DNA of 64,000 nt from Aplysia californica (Eukaryota): the NCBI RefSeq assembly GCF_000002075.1, contig NW_004797656.1, positions 73,308 through 137,307 on the forward strand, written 5' to 3'. Below the pieces are notes generated by a model that saw nothing but the letters and a program-made list of their open reading frames with translations, did no database searches and was not told the DNA's origin. The translations under genes were made by a program, and so were the position numbers. Within the stretch, counting starts at the first letter, position 1. The number at the start of each line of letters is the position of its first letter. Positions 39,001 to 50,077 of this stretch are shown here, piece by piece.

Positions 39001-42000
39001 TTTTCATTCTTTAAGAGAAAAAGGTCTTTAACTCGTTATCTCAGGCAAGTCTTCTGCTCAGGCACATTCTTTTACGACTTCAGCATCAAATTACTTTTTG
39101 GCAATTTCCAAAAACAGGTCTCTTGTATGAGGTGTTCATTCGTTAGATGAAGAACAACCAAAATAGTTCACTTGTTCTGATTTAATAACCCATCTACTGA
39201 TGTTTTTGCCATTTTTAGGTTTAGTACCAAAACAGGGCCCTGGCGTTATGGGTTTACCCCCCTTGGAGATAAAGAGTTAAGAGTAACTAGAGCAACATAG
39301 TGAAGCATACGCCAGCGATAAAAAGGGAAATTTTGGTGGTTTAGAGTACAGCAGATCAAACATATCTGCTTCTCTATTGATAAGAAAGCAGTGGATTAAA
39401 AAGCAACACTAAACCACACACAGCATGGCTACAGTGAAATCTGAGTTGAACTCAAGAAGCCCTGTCAATTATGTTCTCCAGTTAGAGCTGTGGAGTCAGA
39501 GGGATTTCCCCCGTTCCCCTGCAGTCACCCACACACACACAGATTCCACGAAGTTTGATATATATGTGTGTCTGGAGAAATGTCCCAGTTGTCAGCAAAA
39601 CTATTTTTAATTAATAAAAGGAGTGAAAAGGCCAAAGGAGTGGTACCTGGTAAAAAATTAAGCTTTATCAAAAAACACACATTTAGCCATTTCTTACCAA
39701 CATATTGAAAAGACTTTATGATATCTTAAGTGTATATTTTTTGCAACGCGTTGTACTTCACCATAGGTTAAGTCACTCAACCCCGTGACCGAGATATCTC
39801 GGTCAGCTCGTGGGCTGTGTTCAATCCAACAATCGAGATAACTTGGTTCTATAATTTTCTTCCCTATACTAGTGGGAACGGGTATTTGACTAAAACAAAG
39901 AAAAACAATAACAGTATATGTGTTTGAGCATTTGGAAAATGGTAGTTGGAAAAAATGCTCCACAGGAAACAGAGAATGTTTTGGAATATTATAGCATCTG
40001 TCTTGATAATTAAAAAAACAACATAATATGCATTTAGCCTACTTTATAGATAAAGCAATCTATTATCTATAATATCATCCCATTAAAATCCTAATAAAAC
40101 TTTTTGTCCCCAAAGCAAATACTCCAGTTACAGAAAGTAGCACTTGCACTCAGTGTATAAATCACTGAAAACCAGGTCTCAAGTCTCTGTATTTTTTTTA
40201 TGAAGGTATTTTTACACCCACATTGAAACAATTTAAATCATTTAAGAGGCAGGATTCCAACCCTGCCAGTCAGGGCCAACCCGGGCTGGTAGGGGTACAT
40301 CCCGGCAGAAAGACAGAGACAGTGATAAAAATGTTTTCCCCATGCGGGAATCAAACTCAGATATCCCATGTTCTGTGTTCAGATTCATGATGGCTGTCCC
40401 AGCCTAAACCAGCATCTCCGAGTCAGGGTTTACTTACACTGAAGTGGACAGACAGTCTTGCTATGGCATCTGCAAGTTGTTGTCGAAAAGCTTTCCGCAA
40501 AGAATTTACCCTCTGTAGGGAAAAAAGGTTGATTTCATTAATGCAGAAGAAAAGAAATAAAGAAGGCATGTGCATTGTCCTTTGTTCTCTTTGTTTTATA
40601 GTAAACTGTAAGCCATTACCTTAACTACTGAAAATGTATACTGGCAACAATTATAGTGTATATAGGTCTATTTGAAGTTTAATTATTTTCAGGTTTTAAA
40701 AAAAGCAAGAAAACTTGTCCAGACCAGAAAGGTATTTTCTCAAATTCAGAAATAGTATTTCTAACTACAAAATTAAAGCTTTCATAATATTAATCATATA
40801 ATAAGGCAATATACTCAATCATATACTGTGTAATACTTACATCCTGATGCATTTTTTCCAACTCCACAACTCTTTCATTGATCCGACAGTATCTAAATTT
40901 GACCCAAAAAAATTGTAAAAGTCAATCAAGTGTTACAACTTTTTTCCCCATATTGTCACAGTACTATAGACTATGTTGATAGTGCATTGTACTTTTGTTT
41001 TTGAAAAAGAGTAACTTGAAAAAAAAATTATTTCTTCCATGCCATATTAATTGAATATAAGCATCTTAGGTTGGAACTTTCTAAATTAAAACATTTTCAC
41101 GGCAGCAGAGATCAGTACACTAATTAAATTAAAACAATTAAACAAGTCAAAGAAAAATTTAACAAGTTGCAAAGGATGGCGTTTCATGTGAAAACTATAA
41201 TGTTAATTAATTAAATCTTAACTCACAATTAACAGTTGGCCATTTATCTATGACACACAAAGAAAAACATCCAACACACTGCAGCAAAGAGAGAATTTAA
41301 AAAAAAAAAGAGTTGCAGTAATTATACTGTCTTCCCAATCAAAGGATGACATAGCAGAAAATACATTTTCACACATAAGGCCCCACAATGAAGAACTACT
41401 TTCATAAATTCATACTTATTCAAAAATTTATATGACTAGAAGAAATAAGAAAGTATGTTCTTACAGTTCAAGGGATTTCTCTTGAAGCTTTGAATCATGA
41501 TCTGCTTGCATAACATGCTTTGTGAAATTGATGTCTCTTCTAAGGTTTGCCACATCCTGCAAATAAGAAAGCATAGTAAAAATGTCACTGGCAAGTATTT
41601 TATTGTAGGATATAATGGGAGTAACACCTTCAGTGTTAATGCCAATGTTCGATAAACAAAAATATATATAATGTATCAAAGTCGAAGATAAATCCTAAGA
41701 ATTGCTTTCTTTTCCGAAAAATGCAATTATCCACTTTTAAAAACTGGAGTAAGTGATATTTTTTCACAAAACGAGGCATAAGCGATCTGCCTTTCTTAGC
41801 ATATTGCAGAAAATCTTTTGCCCATCAAACAAGTTATCTATCCCCAAGTGCATGACGGTTTGTGGTGGACAAAAGTTTGTTGGTGTAGTGTAGCTGTTCC
41901 ATCCCTCACTATTCAAAGTCAAATTATAGGCTTCAATGATTTAGATAACTAAAATGTGCAATATTTTGATAAATCATTTATGTTAACTTTGCTATAAAGC

Positions 42001-45000
42001 CCATTGAGAATTCATATAAAGGAAATACTGCAAAATACAGTCCACTTATAACGAGTCCCGAAATAACGAGAAGTCTGTTATAAAGACACTACTATAAAAC
42101 CCCGTTTTTTTTCTCTTCTTTATCTTTGTAAATAAAATACTGCTACAGCGCAATCAGACAAACATGCGAGTCAGCTATAGTGGAATATTGCTGCTGCTGT
42201 GCACAGTGCATAGGCCAATTACACATAATGTAAAACCTCGCCAGTTGAAAAACTTGTTGGTGATCTAGCGAAACAAAGAATGGGAGAGCCCATATGTGTC
42301 AACAATAAAGGCTGGAACGACTGAGTAGGGAGGTTGTGGCATGCGCAGACAAGCAGAACGTATCACATGATAGGCCAGCCCAGGCCTAGCCTAGATTATC
42401 TAAGCCTACCATGCCTCTCACTTCTCCGATGAGGGGATGGAGAGGTCACAGCAATGTGATGGATTGAGCAAATGTGTGACATGCGCAAACAGACGGTAAC
42501 GCACCCCAGAGTGTGGTGTGGTGGGAGACACCACAGCGGGTGAGTTAGCCTAGAGCCAGAGCCCTTTCTTTCTGATTGCCAACGCCGAGCTGTCAACATT
42601 GCTAGCGCTAGAGGAAGAAACCTGATTCGATTTTTGATCAAGTAAGACCAAGAGGTCACGTTGAAACAAAATCAACATCAGGGGAGATAACAAAAAAAAC
42701 CACCCCCACTAAACTCATAGACAGGACTCCTTTATCATTTCCCTTGAATTCATTACTGGATCCCTTATAGCGAGAATTCTGCTATAACAGACATTTTGCA
42801 CTGGTCCCCTTCCTCTTGTTATAACAGGATTCCACTGTATAAATGTGTTCCATAATCATGATAATCATTATTTTTATCATCATTATTACAATTATTATTT
42901 TAAAAACACAATTACAATCATCATTGCATTCATTGATAAAAAAGATATGTGATACATGTCCAAAGCAATTTACCTGCGAACACTTTTTTGTGTGCAAATC
43001 TTTCTTCTTATTCATAAAAGTAAAATTCAATTAATGGCACTTTCTAAACCTTCTTTATTCATAAAATCCCATTAAACTTTCATCTTTTCAAACACAATAC
43101 CATGTGGCCTACGTTATGAGTACCGTAAGAAGAAAGCAAATGAAAAAGAAATTCACCTGCAGTAGTATCTGCAAAACTTCTGTCATCTCTTTGAGATCAA
43201 CAATTTCAGTGACTTCTGTCTGAGAGGCACTATCGAGGCTGAAAAAGCCAATCTTGGCATTGTCTGCCAAGGCTGGCCTGTTGAAAAAGAAAACCAGAAA
43301 GAGGACAAAAAAGAAAACAAGTTAAATTTGAAACATCTACAAGTTTCACAACCATAAATGTGAGGCAGCGTGGTGAAATCAGGCGCTTGTCAAAATAATG
43401 AAAGAGAAGAAACTGGCCTTTTTTTTCGCAGGTTTGGGAGTTTTAATCAAATTTTAGGCGTTCGGCTTAACACCTTTCACGTACATTAAAGAACATATTT
43501 CTGTGTGGAGTTTATTGAAAAATGTTGATTAAAGGGGGTGGGGGGGGGGGGGGCCTACACCTGAAAGCTATCTCGCTTATTACTGGACCTAATTTTACCA
43601 AATTCCACACATATAACAAGCATAGTAAGGAGTCTTAAAATCCGCAATCAAATTTGAGAAAAAAGTTTCGTTTCCATGGATACGGTGGCCATATTGGATT
43701 TTGTTGACATGTCTTACGTAATGAATACCGCACTTATCATTCATGGTAGTTGATTGTTTTTTTGCATGCGTGTTTATAAACATTAGATCTAAAAATTTGT
43801 CTGTTGTTTGGTTTTTTTTCCTAAACGAATTAAAAAATTTTTAATGAATTTTTTCCTGAGGTAGCATTCAAGTTATCGAAAAATCTGTGAAAATGCACAC
43901 TCCAGACACCACCACCAAAAATCTATTCCGTATATAAAAATTTCAACATATAAATTTTTAGTATTACATCTTCTCTTCATTCTGAGAAAATTTCATGAAG
44001 ATTGGATCAAAAATGGTGGAGTTATTAAAAAAAAGTATAGAGAAAAGCCATGTTTTGAGAAAACGGCTGATAAAGAAAAATATAATACTGACTTTATGAG
44101 GAAATGGCGGTGACAAATACGCCCAGTATGGGAAAAAGTACGGTTTTTGGGGGTTCTTATGCTATGAAATAGTTGTAGGAGGGGCTGAGGAAGCTAAAAA
44201 TGCCTACAACTCAAATTCCATAATTTTTAGCCGAATTTTGATTTTGGGGGTGTAGGCAAAAAAAAAGTAAATGTTCAGTTTCCATGGACTCTCAAGCAGG
44301 GGAAATAACTAAACTTTGACGGCCATTCTCTCGTTAATTTTACGTCTGAATCAGGGCGACCCTCACCTCCTTCAATCAACAATATCTCGACTTATATCCA
44401 AGATAGACGGGCATTATTATCATTGAAAGCAAGACAAATGAACAAGTTTTCAGATGATACCAATAACTCAATATGCCCAAAAATTGACGAGCGCCCGATC
44501 CGACCGTGACATGACACAAAAATATACTTTTTAAGATGAATGTATATGACTCTATCAGTGGTTCTTAAGAACTCATGCTCTTCTTATAAGCATTTTATGT
44601 ATTCAGTTATTTGGGGACCTACAATGTCTGATATACTCTGATAATACAAAAATGTCCAGTAATAGTTTAAATAGTGACAAAAGCTGTTTAATAGACAGTC
44701 ACTAGAGGGTTCAATTTTAAACACAACATCTTTCCAAAACACAGATGACAATGTGAACAAAGGCTGTGGATCGTAAAATGGAATTGTAGACTAATATACA
44801 ATCAACAAAATTGTGTATGACATATACAACCAACAATATACAGTAATATACATTATATTTACATTGTTACAGCAGTGCTGATAACCCCAGAAGGAAAATA
44901 AACAGGGCCCCTACAAATTCTCCATTGCTATATATTTTCTGATCCATGTATAACTCAATAAATTGTAAATAGGTCAGCCTAACTTGTTGCGTCTTTATTA

Positions 45001-48000
45001 GAAGTATACATTTAGATCCAGTTTTCTGGGTTTACTAATCTAAATATAAACAATATAGAGACCAATCAAATCAATAGAAACTCAAGCTAGCTATTACTAT
45101 TTCGCTTAGATTTATTAAATAAATCAGATCTGACAGTATTTTTATAATGAATCATAATTATCAATCAAAAGCCTATTATCTTCAGACAGTTTGGCCATAG
45201 AAATACTTTTACCACTACTACTACTACTGCTACTTCCTTAGTGTAGTGAAAAATTCAGATCAATATTTTTTATAAACACTCATTAGCTGTATTCTAAAAA
45301 ATTCCTTAACTTTTTATCTCCGGCAATCCGCTCCCAGCGACTCGCGGTCGGAACCACTCTGCCGGTGAGCCGCTGGCAGCGGCTCCGACACATTCCTTTA
45401 CAAAGACTTTGACATTAATTTAAAATTACTTTTCGGCAATTGCTGAAAACAGGTCTCTTTTATTGGGAGTTCATTCATTAGATTAATTATGACTATCAAA
45501 ATAGGTCGACTTGTTTTGATTTAATAACGCATTTAGTGACATTTTTGTCATTTTTAGACCTAATACCAAAAAGGGGGCCTATTTCGTAGTGGGTTTACTC
45601 CCCACGGAGATAAAGAGTTATTATACTAACTTAAATAATCCACAAGCTTTCTACAAATCTTAAACAGGTTTATAGCTGTGGCAAAAACGTCACATCTCGT
45701 CAATCGGCGATGTTATACTAGCCAGTTTCTTCGGATTTTCCCCAAAATGCCTGTGCCTTTGATAGCAAGGGGTTTTACTATATGAGCCTTATGATGGCAA
45801 ATGGTTAAAAGCAAGTCGTTCATATTTTTCAAATCATGACGCTCTTTATTGAATGCATGTTTTGAGAACCTTTAGTATTTTCATGAAAAAAAAAACAGTG
45901 TTCACAATAAAATCAAGTTCTTGTAGTCAAACAAGCTTTGTCACTGGTAAACTGTGACATAGGCCGTATGCGTATGAAAAATGTGTGTGAGAAGCGGGAA
46001 GTGCTGTGAACAATCCCATTTTTCTTGTGACTGAGATTTATGGTATTTTATATAAATTGACAAACATACGGTAACTTTTTAATCTAGCCTCAGTTTTTGT
46101 GGAAAAATATGATTAACTCTTTCCGGACGTATCGTCGATATATCGGCGTGATCCACACCCCTTGCGGATATATCGCTGATATATCGGCTATGATGAGGTA
46201 CCTCAGTTTACTTTCATTTTAACATGATCCATTATCTATAAGTACTTTTTATTGTAACTGAAAACTTGGAAAGGGTTTAGGAAACCAAAACATCTAGTTT
46301 CACTTTGTCAAAGCGTCCATCTGGCGAAAAACAAGTGAATTAGTTCTTGAGTCAACAAAACGATCTAACCGGACTCAGTGTGAATATCATAACTCAAACA
46401 AAAATGGGAATATTGCATTCAAATAAAAAGCTGCACATTCAGAAGTTTACGGAAGCTGCTCTTGGCCTGTATATGATAAGATAGCTATGCTGGTTCGCTT
46501 TCACATTTTTAGTGACAGTGTGTGTAATTTTTTCCGTCAAAATATATTTTTCTCACCACCATCGCCATTCCTAACCCTTGCAATGCATACTTATGTTCAA
46601 AATTAATCCTCGAATCATAATATGTTGGAATGTATTCCTTATTCAATTTCCTTCAATTTGATATATCATATGTTACATTTTGAGCGATGGTTATGCTTGT
46701 ATGAAGCTATTTTGTACATCACCTGTGCAGCCGAATCGAGTCACAAGTTAATTACGTTTTGACCCCAAAACAATTAGCCTATGTCCGGAAAGAGTTAAAT
46801 TAAGACAAATTGATACAAACTGCTGTGCAAAGTATGGATGACATTGATTCACCCGTTAAAGAGATATTTAACGAAAAGTTGCACCACGAATGTTTGGCCG
46901 CACTAAAATCTAAAATTTAGCAGGGCCTAGAATCTAGATCTAGTCCAGTAGGTTTAATTAGGCTATAGTTTATAGTATATAAAATAGTTTATAAGTAAGA
47001 GTAAGCACACATTTGTGGGCACTCCTGTACAATTGCGCTCCCGCGTTAGTTCTAGCACAAGGAGCTTGCTCTAGCACTAAATCACACAAGGAAAGACTAC
47101 TGGATATCGATACTGATATAAACATTCGGTATTGATGTTTTATCGGTAGATCTAGCCTACAAAATGAAAAGTGAATTTCACTTGTATTTAACAAGGCAAG
47201 GGGGGTTTCAGGGGCCCCCCTGACCACCGGGAGGACTTCCGTAATGAGTGACCACTAGGACCACTATTAAATCTAGATTATACTCAATGGCTTCCAAAAT
47301 CATGATGGGAGACCGAAAGCCACAGTATAGAATCTGTTCATGACAAAATTACGGTAGTTTGCCCATTTTTAGGCCCAGTTCAGTTTTGAAGGTCTGAGTC
47401 TGGGATTAGTAGACTTGAATCAAGGCGCAGCAATTGTTGACCCCACAGATTTTATCTACTTCCGTTGTTAGGGAGCGCTGAGTTGCCAGGTTTTCTTAGG
47501 TTTCTAACCAAATTCTCACCGCAATTAATTCTAGCAAAATACATTGTATTATTATTTCGCAACGAGCGACCAATATGAAACTGAGAAGAATAGAGAGTTG
47601 TTAGGGTTAGGGTTCAGTTTAGGGATAGGGTTAGAGGTATGGGTAGGGTCTGGGGTAGGGGTTGGGATAGGGGTATAGGTTTCGGGGTTGGGATAGGGGT
47701 ATAGGTTTCGGGGTTGGGATAGAGGTATGGGTAGGGGTAGGGTCTGGCCCGGGGTAGGGTTTGGGGGATAGGTCTTTCCTTGTGTTTGATGAAGGTCAGG
47801 TGTTGGGTTGGGAGGGGGGAGGGGGTAGGGTTAGGTCTTTTCTTTATTGTGTTTTTTTTTAGGGTTAGGGTTTGGTGTAGGGGTAAGGGTAGATCTCCTC
47901 TCTTTTTTGTTGTGTTGCTTGAGGGTTAGAAGTGGGGGTGGGAGGGAATAGGCTTAGGGAATAGGCTTAGGGTTAGGGTAAGGCCTCTTCTTTATTCAGT

Positions 48001-49674
48001 TTGTGAAGGGTTTGGGTTTGGAGTAGGAGTAGGAGTAGGGTTTGTGGAAGAGTTAGGGTTAGGATGGTAGGGGTGGGCTTAGGGTTTGGGGTAGGGGTAA
48101 GGGTAGGTCTCTCCTTTATTTTCTTTGTTGAGGATTATTAGGGTTGGGGTAGGAACTTGGGGTTGGGGTAGGAATTAGGGGTTGGGGTTAGTGTTGGGTT
48201 AGGGGTATGAGGTCTCTTCTGTATTGTGTTTGTTGAGGGTTAGGTTTTTAGGGTTACGGTTGAGGTAAGGGTGGGGGTAGGGGTAGGGTTAGGGGCTGGG
48301 TCAGGGTTCGGGTTAGGACTCTTCTTTATTGTGTTTATTGAGACGGTCGCTCGTTGTGGAGGGAATGTTTTCTTTTCTTATAGTGTAATTGGTGGGGTGG
48401 GGTGGGGGAACGGGGGGTTCAGGACGCAGCACTTCTTTTTTTATGAGGGGGGGGGGGGAGAGGGAGGGGGCTTGCCTTCTTGATTAAGGTAAGTTTTGGG
48501 GTTAGGTTGTTTTTTTTTCCTTTTCTTCTTCCGTTCAAAACATGTGCGTAGTGAAATCGTTATTAGTATAATTTTTCGCTTCATCCTTTACCATGACACG
48601 GGCGTACAAAAAGAATGAAATACAAGTAGACCGGTGCGGAGAAAGCCGCGCTTGTTCACGATGGCAACTCAACAAATGGAAGTCGTTTCTTTTATATATA
48701 TGAAAATGAGGTAAAATCGACTCAGAAATTTACTCTTTTTTTTCTTTCTTTTTTTCTGTTTTTTTTAAGCAAATCGCATCAGCTTTCCTAATTTTGTGAA
48801 GGAACCTCGTCAAAACCCTTCGAGGTAAAAAATAATTGCGTTTTGAGAATTTTGAAAGGCGATACACTCCCACTTAACTGAAGTAGGTATATAATTTAAC
48901 TTTTTTTTACTCATTGTTACACCAGCTTTTGGCATAGTGGTAATGCTGCTGGACTACTAATCATGTTTGCTTTCCTCACTCACAGATTTGAATCACGGCC
49001 ACGAGACTTATTTTTCTAATCATGTCATATTACTGTGTATGCTTTCAGATATTAACATGTCACTAATAATACCCATCAGGTGAAGAGACAAAGGAAGGCA
49101 AAAAGAACACAAAGTAACACAAACTCAGTTTACTTTCTTTATTGCCCAACCACATACTAAACCCTATCTTTTACGTAGCCCACTCAAAAGTCCCTTCTTT
49201 ATTGCGTAGGTTGGGGTGGTCACTCGTTACGCAAGTCCTTCCTGACCACCTAACAAAAACATGGGGAGTTTAGTTTCAGGGGGGCATGCCCCCCCCCCCC
49301 CCCCCCCCCCGCCCTTAATTTGACCATAATTTGAATTTTCGCAATTAAGTTTGATTGGCTATGTCTCCATAGGCCTATCGGCACGCACATCAAAAAGTAA
49401 TCGTTAAGAACCAGAAGTAATCGTTGGTGGGGTGAAAGCGAGTATCCCTACCTTAACGGCATAACCGGGACCGCAATTGTACAAGGAGTGCCCATTTGTG
49501 ACATAGATTAAGACATTTTACAGACCTGAACATGTCATTGTTGGCACTAGAGTCCCCATATATTGCTAATATATGATCCTGAAGGTCTTCTTCGGCTTTG
49601 TGATATGCATGTTGGTCATTCGGAGACTCAGATTCACGCCCGTCTTCAGTCCCAAGTGCGGGAGAATCCGCCAT
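14121..49674 (-). CDS. C10orf67: C10orf67-like (DUF4709-family) coiled-coil protein, about 592 aa, 19 core coding exons
   Basis: Minus-strand exons in transcript order: 49526-49674, 43157-43277, 41465-41556, 40841-40892, 40438-40512, 38530-38745, 38214-38258, 34725-34872, 33383-33441, 32782-32847, 28255-28320, 26989-27096, 25770-25861, 25367-25432, 24239-24326, 21976-22041, 21187-21298, 16932-17007, 14121-14202 (TGA). All junctions are GT-AG and phases match (1779 nt total). Translation includes RPALADNAKIGFFSLDSASQTEVTEI, LRKAFRQQLADAIARL and WEKKFAILQQSMHALKDESYLRQTLQRQ. These match my recollection of human C10orf67 (KIGFFSTDHATQTD, RKSFNQQLADAIA). The middle region is a long coiled coil. 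Confidence 0.85.
14228..14670 (+). mobile_element. TG...CA-terminated MITE family B. Other copies or fragments at about 3645-3870(-), 4682-4900, 22353-22770, 36050-36340(-), 43359-44518
   Basis: Shared start TGTGAGGCA...GGTGAAATCAGGCGCTTGTCAAAAT, internal GGCGGCCATTTTCTC, and inverted end TTGACG..CGCCTGATTTCAC...CA. Superfamily not assignable. Confidence 0.7.
14742..15500 (-). mobile_element. 5'-truncated L2-clade LINE
   Basis: The minus strand reads LKELHWLPIKERIKYKTAVLCFKCINDSAPFYL...PPRALRS...FLFFGPQVWNELP...FKNQLKHFLF, typical of the L2/CR1-group ORF2 C-terminus. It ends in the L2-like tail GCGCATTGAGCA...AAATGCGC..TATAAATGC(TAT)n. A similar tail is at 9298-9368(+). Confidence 0.85.
15814..16612 (+). 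mobile_element. pogo/Tigger-like MITE family T2, copy 1
   Basis: Starts TA-CAGTGGAGTCCACTTATGACGAG and ends CTCGTTATAACAGGATTCCAC (inverted). About 800-bp colinear homology with 42038-42837. Confidence 0.75.
18637..20516 (+). mobile_element. piggyBac-type MITE family P1, copy 2, carrying a nested insertion
   Basis: TTAA at 18633-18636 and 20517-20520. Termini TCCTCGTCCTGCG / CGCAGGACAAGAA. Homologous to 1706-2594 apart from the 1024-bp insert. Confidence 0.75.
18916..19939. mobile_element. Tc1/mariner-pogo (Tigger-like) MITE nested in P1 copy 2
   Basis: 24-bp TIR CAGTAGTCTCCG(C/T)CTAAACGCACG with one mismatch. TA duplicated at 18914-18915 and 19940-19941. The empty site GGTAGCTC is present in the paralog near 2004-2011. 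Confidence 0.9.
21043..21122 (+). repeat. Dispersed repeat end, second copy at 45722-45809
   Basis: CCAGTTTCTTCGGATTT...AAAATGC...TTTTAC.ATATGAGCCT.ATGATG.CAAA..GTTAA in both places, ending at TTAA. Confidence 0.6.
26344..26380. repeat. (GT)n microsatellite. Others: (GT)n 30004-30046, (CT)n about 4150-4218 and 54493-54532, (GA)n 9220-9249
   Basis: Directly visible dinucleotide runs. Confidence 0.9.
32551..32670 (+). repeat. Dispersed ~110-bp repeat. Other copies at 9991-10098 and 12812-12921
   Basis: Shared GGTGTTACAAGA.AG.AACAAA...GAAAGA.GGAGCAAAC...AA.CACCCAC in three places. Confidence 0.7.
33724..34618. mobile_element. hAT-type non-autonomous element with an internal ~60-bp tandem array
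   Basis: Perfect 8-bp TSD ATACACAC at 33716-33723 and 34619-34626. TIR TAG(T/A)GCTGTGC. About 4-5 copies of a unit TTTTTCTTATACACGATAAGTCCAG.CTAACTTCCGCTATTC at roughly 33810-34110. Confidence 0.85.
39032..39276. mobile_element. Short piggyBac-type MITE family P2, copy 1
   Basis: TTAA flanks. TIR CTC(G/T)TTATCTC. The 3' part is similar to 45310-45617. Confidence 0.7.
42038..42837 (+). mobile_element. pogo/Tigger-like MITE family T2, copy 2
   Basis: TA-CAGT(del)CCACTTATAACGAG ... CTTGTTATAACAGGATTCCACTG-TA. Homologous to 15814-16612. Confidence 0.75.
43359..44518 (+). mobile_element. Family B MITE carrying a nested ~700-bp element (about 43533-44257)
   Basis: Family B termini are present. 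The insert begins after TTAA and has inverted GCCTACACC / GGTGTAGGC ends. TTAA followed by a purine start is Kolobok-like (inference). Confidence 0.6.
45310..45617. mobile_element. Short piggyBac-type MITE family P2, copy 2
   Basis: TTAA-CTTTTTATCTCCG ... CGGAGATAAAGAG-TTAT. Same termini as 39032-39276. Confidence 0.65.
46117..46794. mobile_element. piggyBac-type MITE (678 bp)
   Basis: TTAA on both sides (46113-46116, 46795-46798). TIR CTCTTTCCGGAC(G/A)TA, 14 of 15 identical. Confidence 0.85.
47560..48356 (+). repeat. Telomere-like G-rich array (TTAGGG/GGGGTA variants) with a periodic spacer, bounded by 12-bp inverted repeats
   Basis: CAACGAGCGACC at 47560-47571 and GGTCGCTCGTTG at 48345-48356. 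Seven GGTCTCTTCTTTATTGTGTTTGTTGA-like spacers lie between the G-tract blocks. Confidence 0.8.
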
Positions 49675-50077
49675 GATTGTTGTATGTAGCAACAAGCCGG
49701 AAGAGCTAAGCCTTTAAAACTTTAATCTATTTTTAACGGTCAAATCTTAAACTTTGCAGTATTATAAAATATTATAATTCTTTTCATAGCATTTATAAAA
49801 CTGATTTTCCCAAAGAAAGTTGCACTTTAATATTTTTCAGCATCAGTGTAATTTTAGTCGTGTAAATGTAATTCCCAATTATTATTTCTTCTGCTTCCAT
49901 CCATATAAAAAACACTTTTGTACTTTCAAGATGGCTGCTACCATTGTATTTACAGTTTGTGTCATCACTGCGAGATCGAATTGAAGATAGATCCAGTAGC
50001 CTACAATAACTTATTGTTAAACCCAAAGAGTAAATTAGATAAATAATATCAGTCTTTTCAACAATTTTCTTACCGTG
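49675..50077. promoter_or_regulatory. Bidirectional promoter / 5' UTR region shared by C10orf67-like and LCMT2
   Basis: Divergent ATGs at 49674 (-) and 50078 (+). Contains an RFX X-box-like GTTGTATGTAGCAAC (49679-49693), an ETS/GABP-like CCGGAAG (49697-49703) and a YY1-like CAAGATGGC (49927-49935). Confidence 0.7.

Noticed and set aside
47595-48340. CRISPR array or true telomere
   Set aside because: The context is a eukaryotic intron with no cas genes, and the apparent spacers are simple G-rich repeats. The hexamers are degenerate and internal to a gene.
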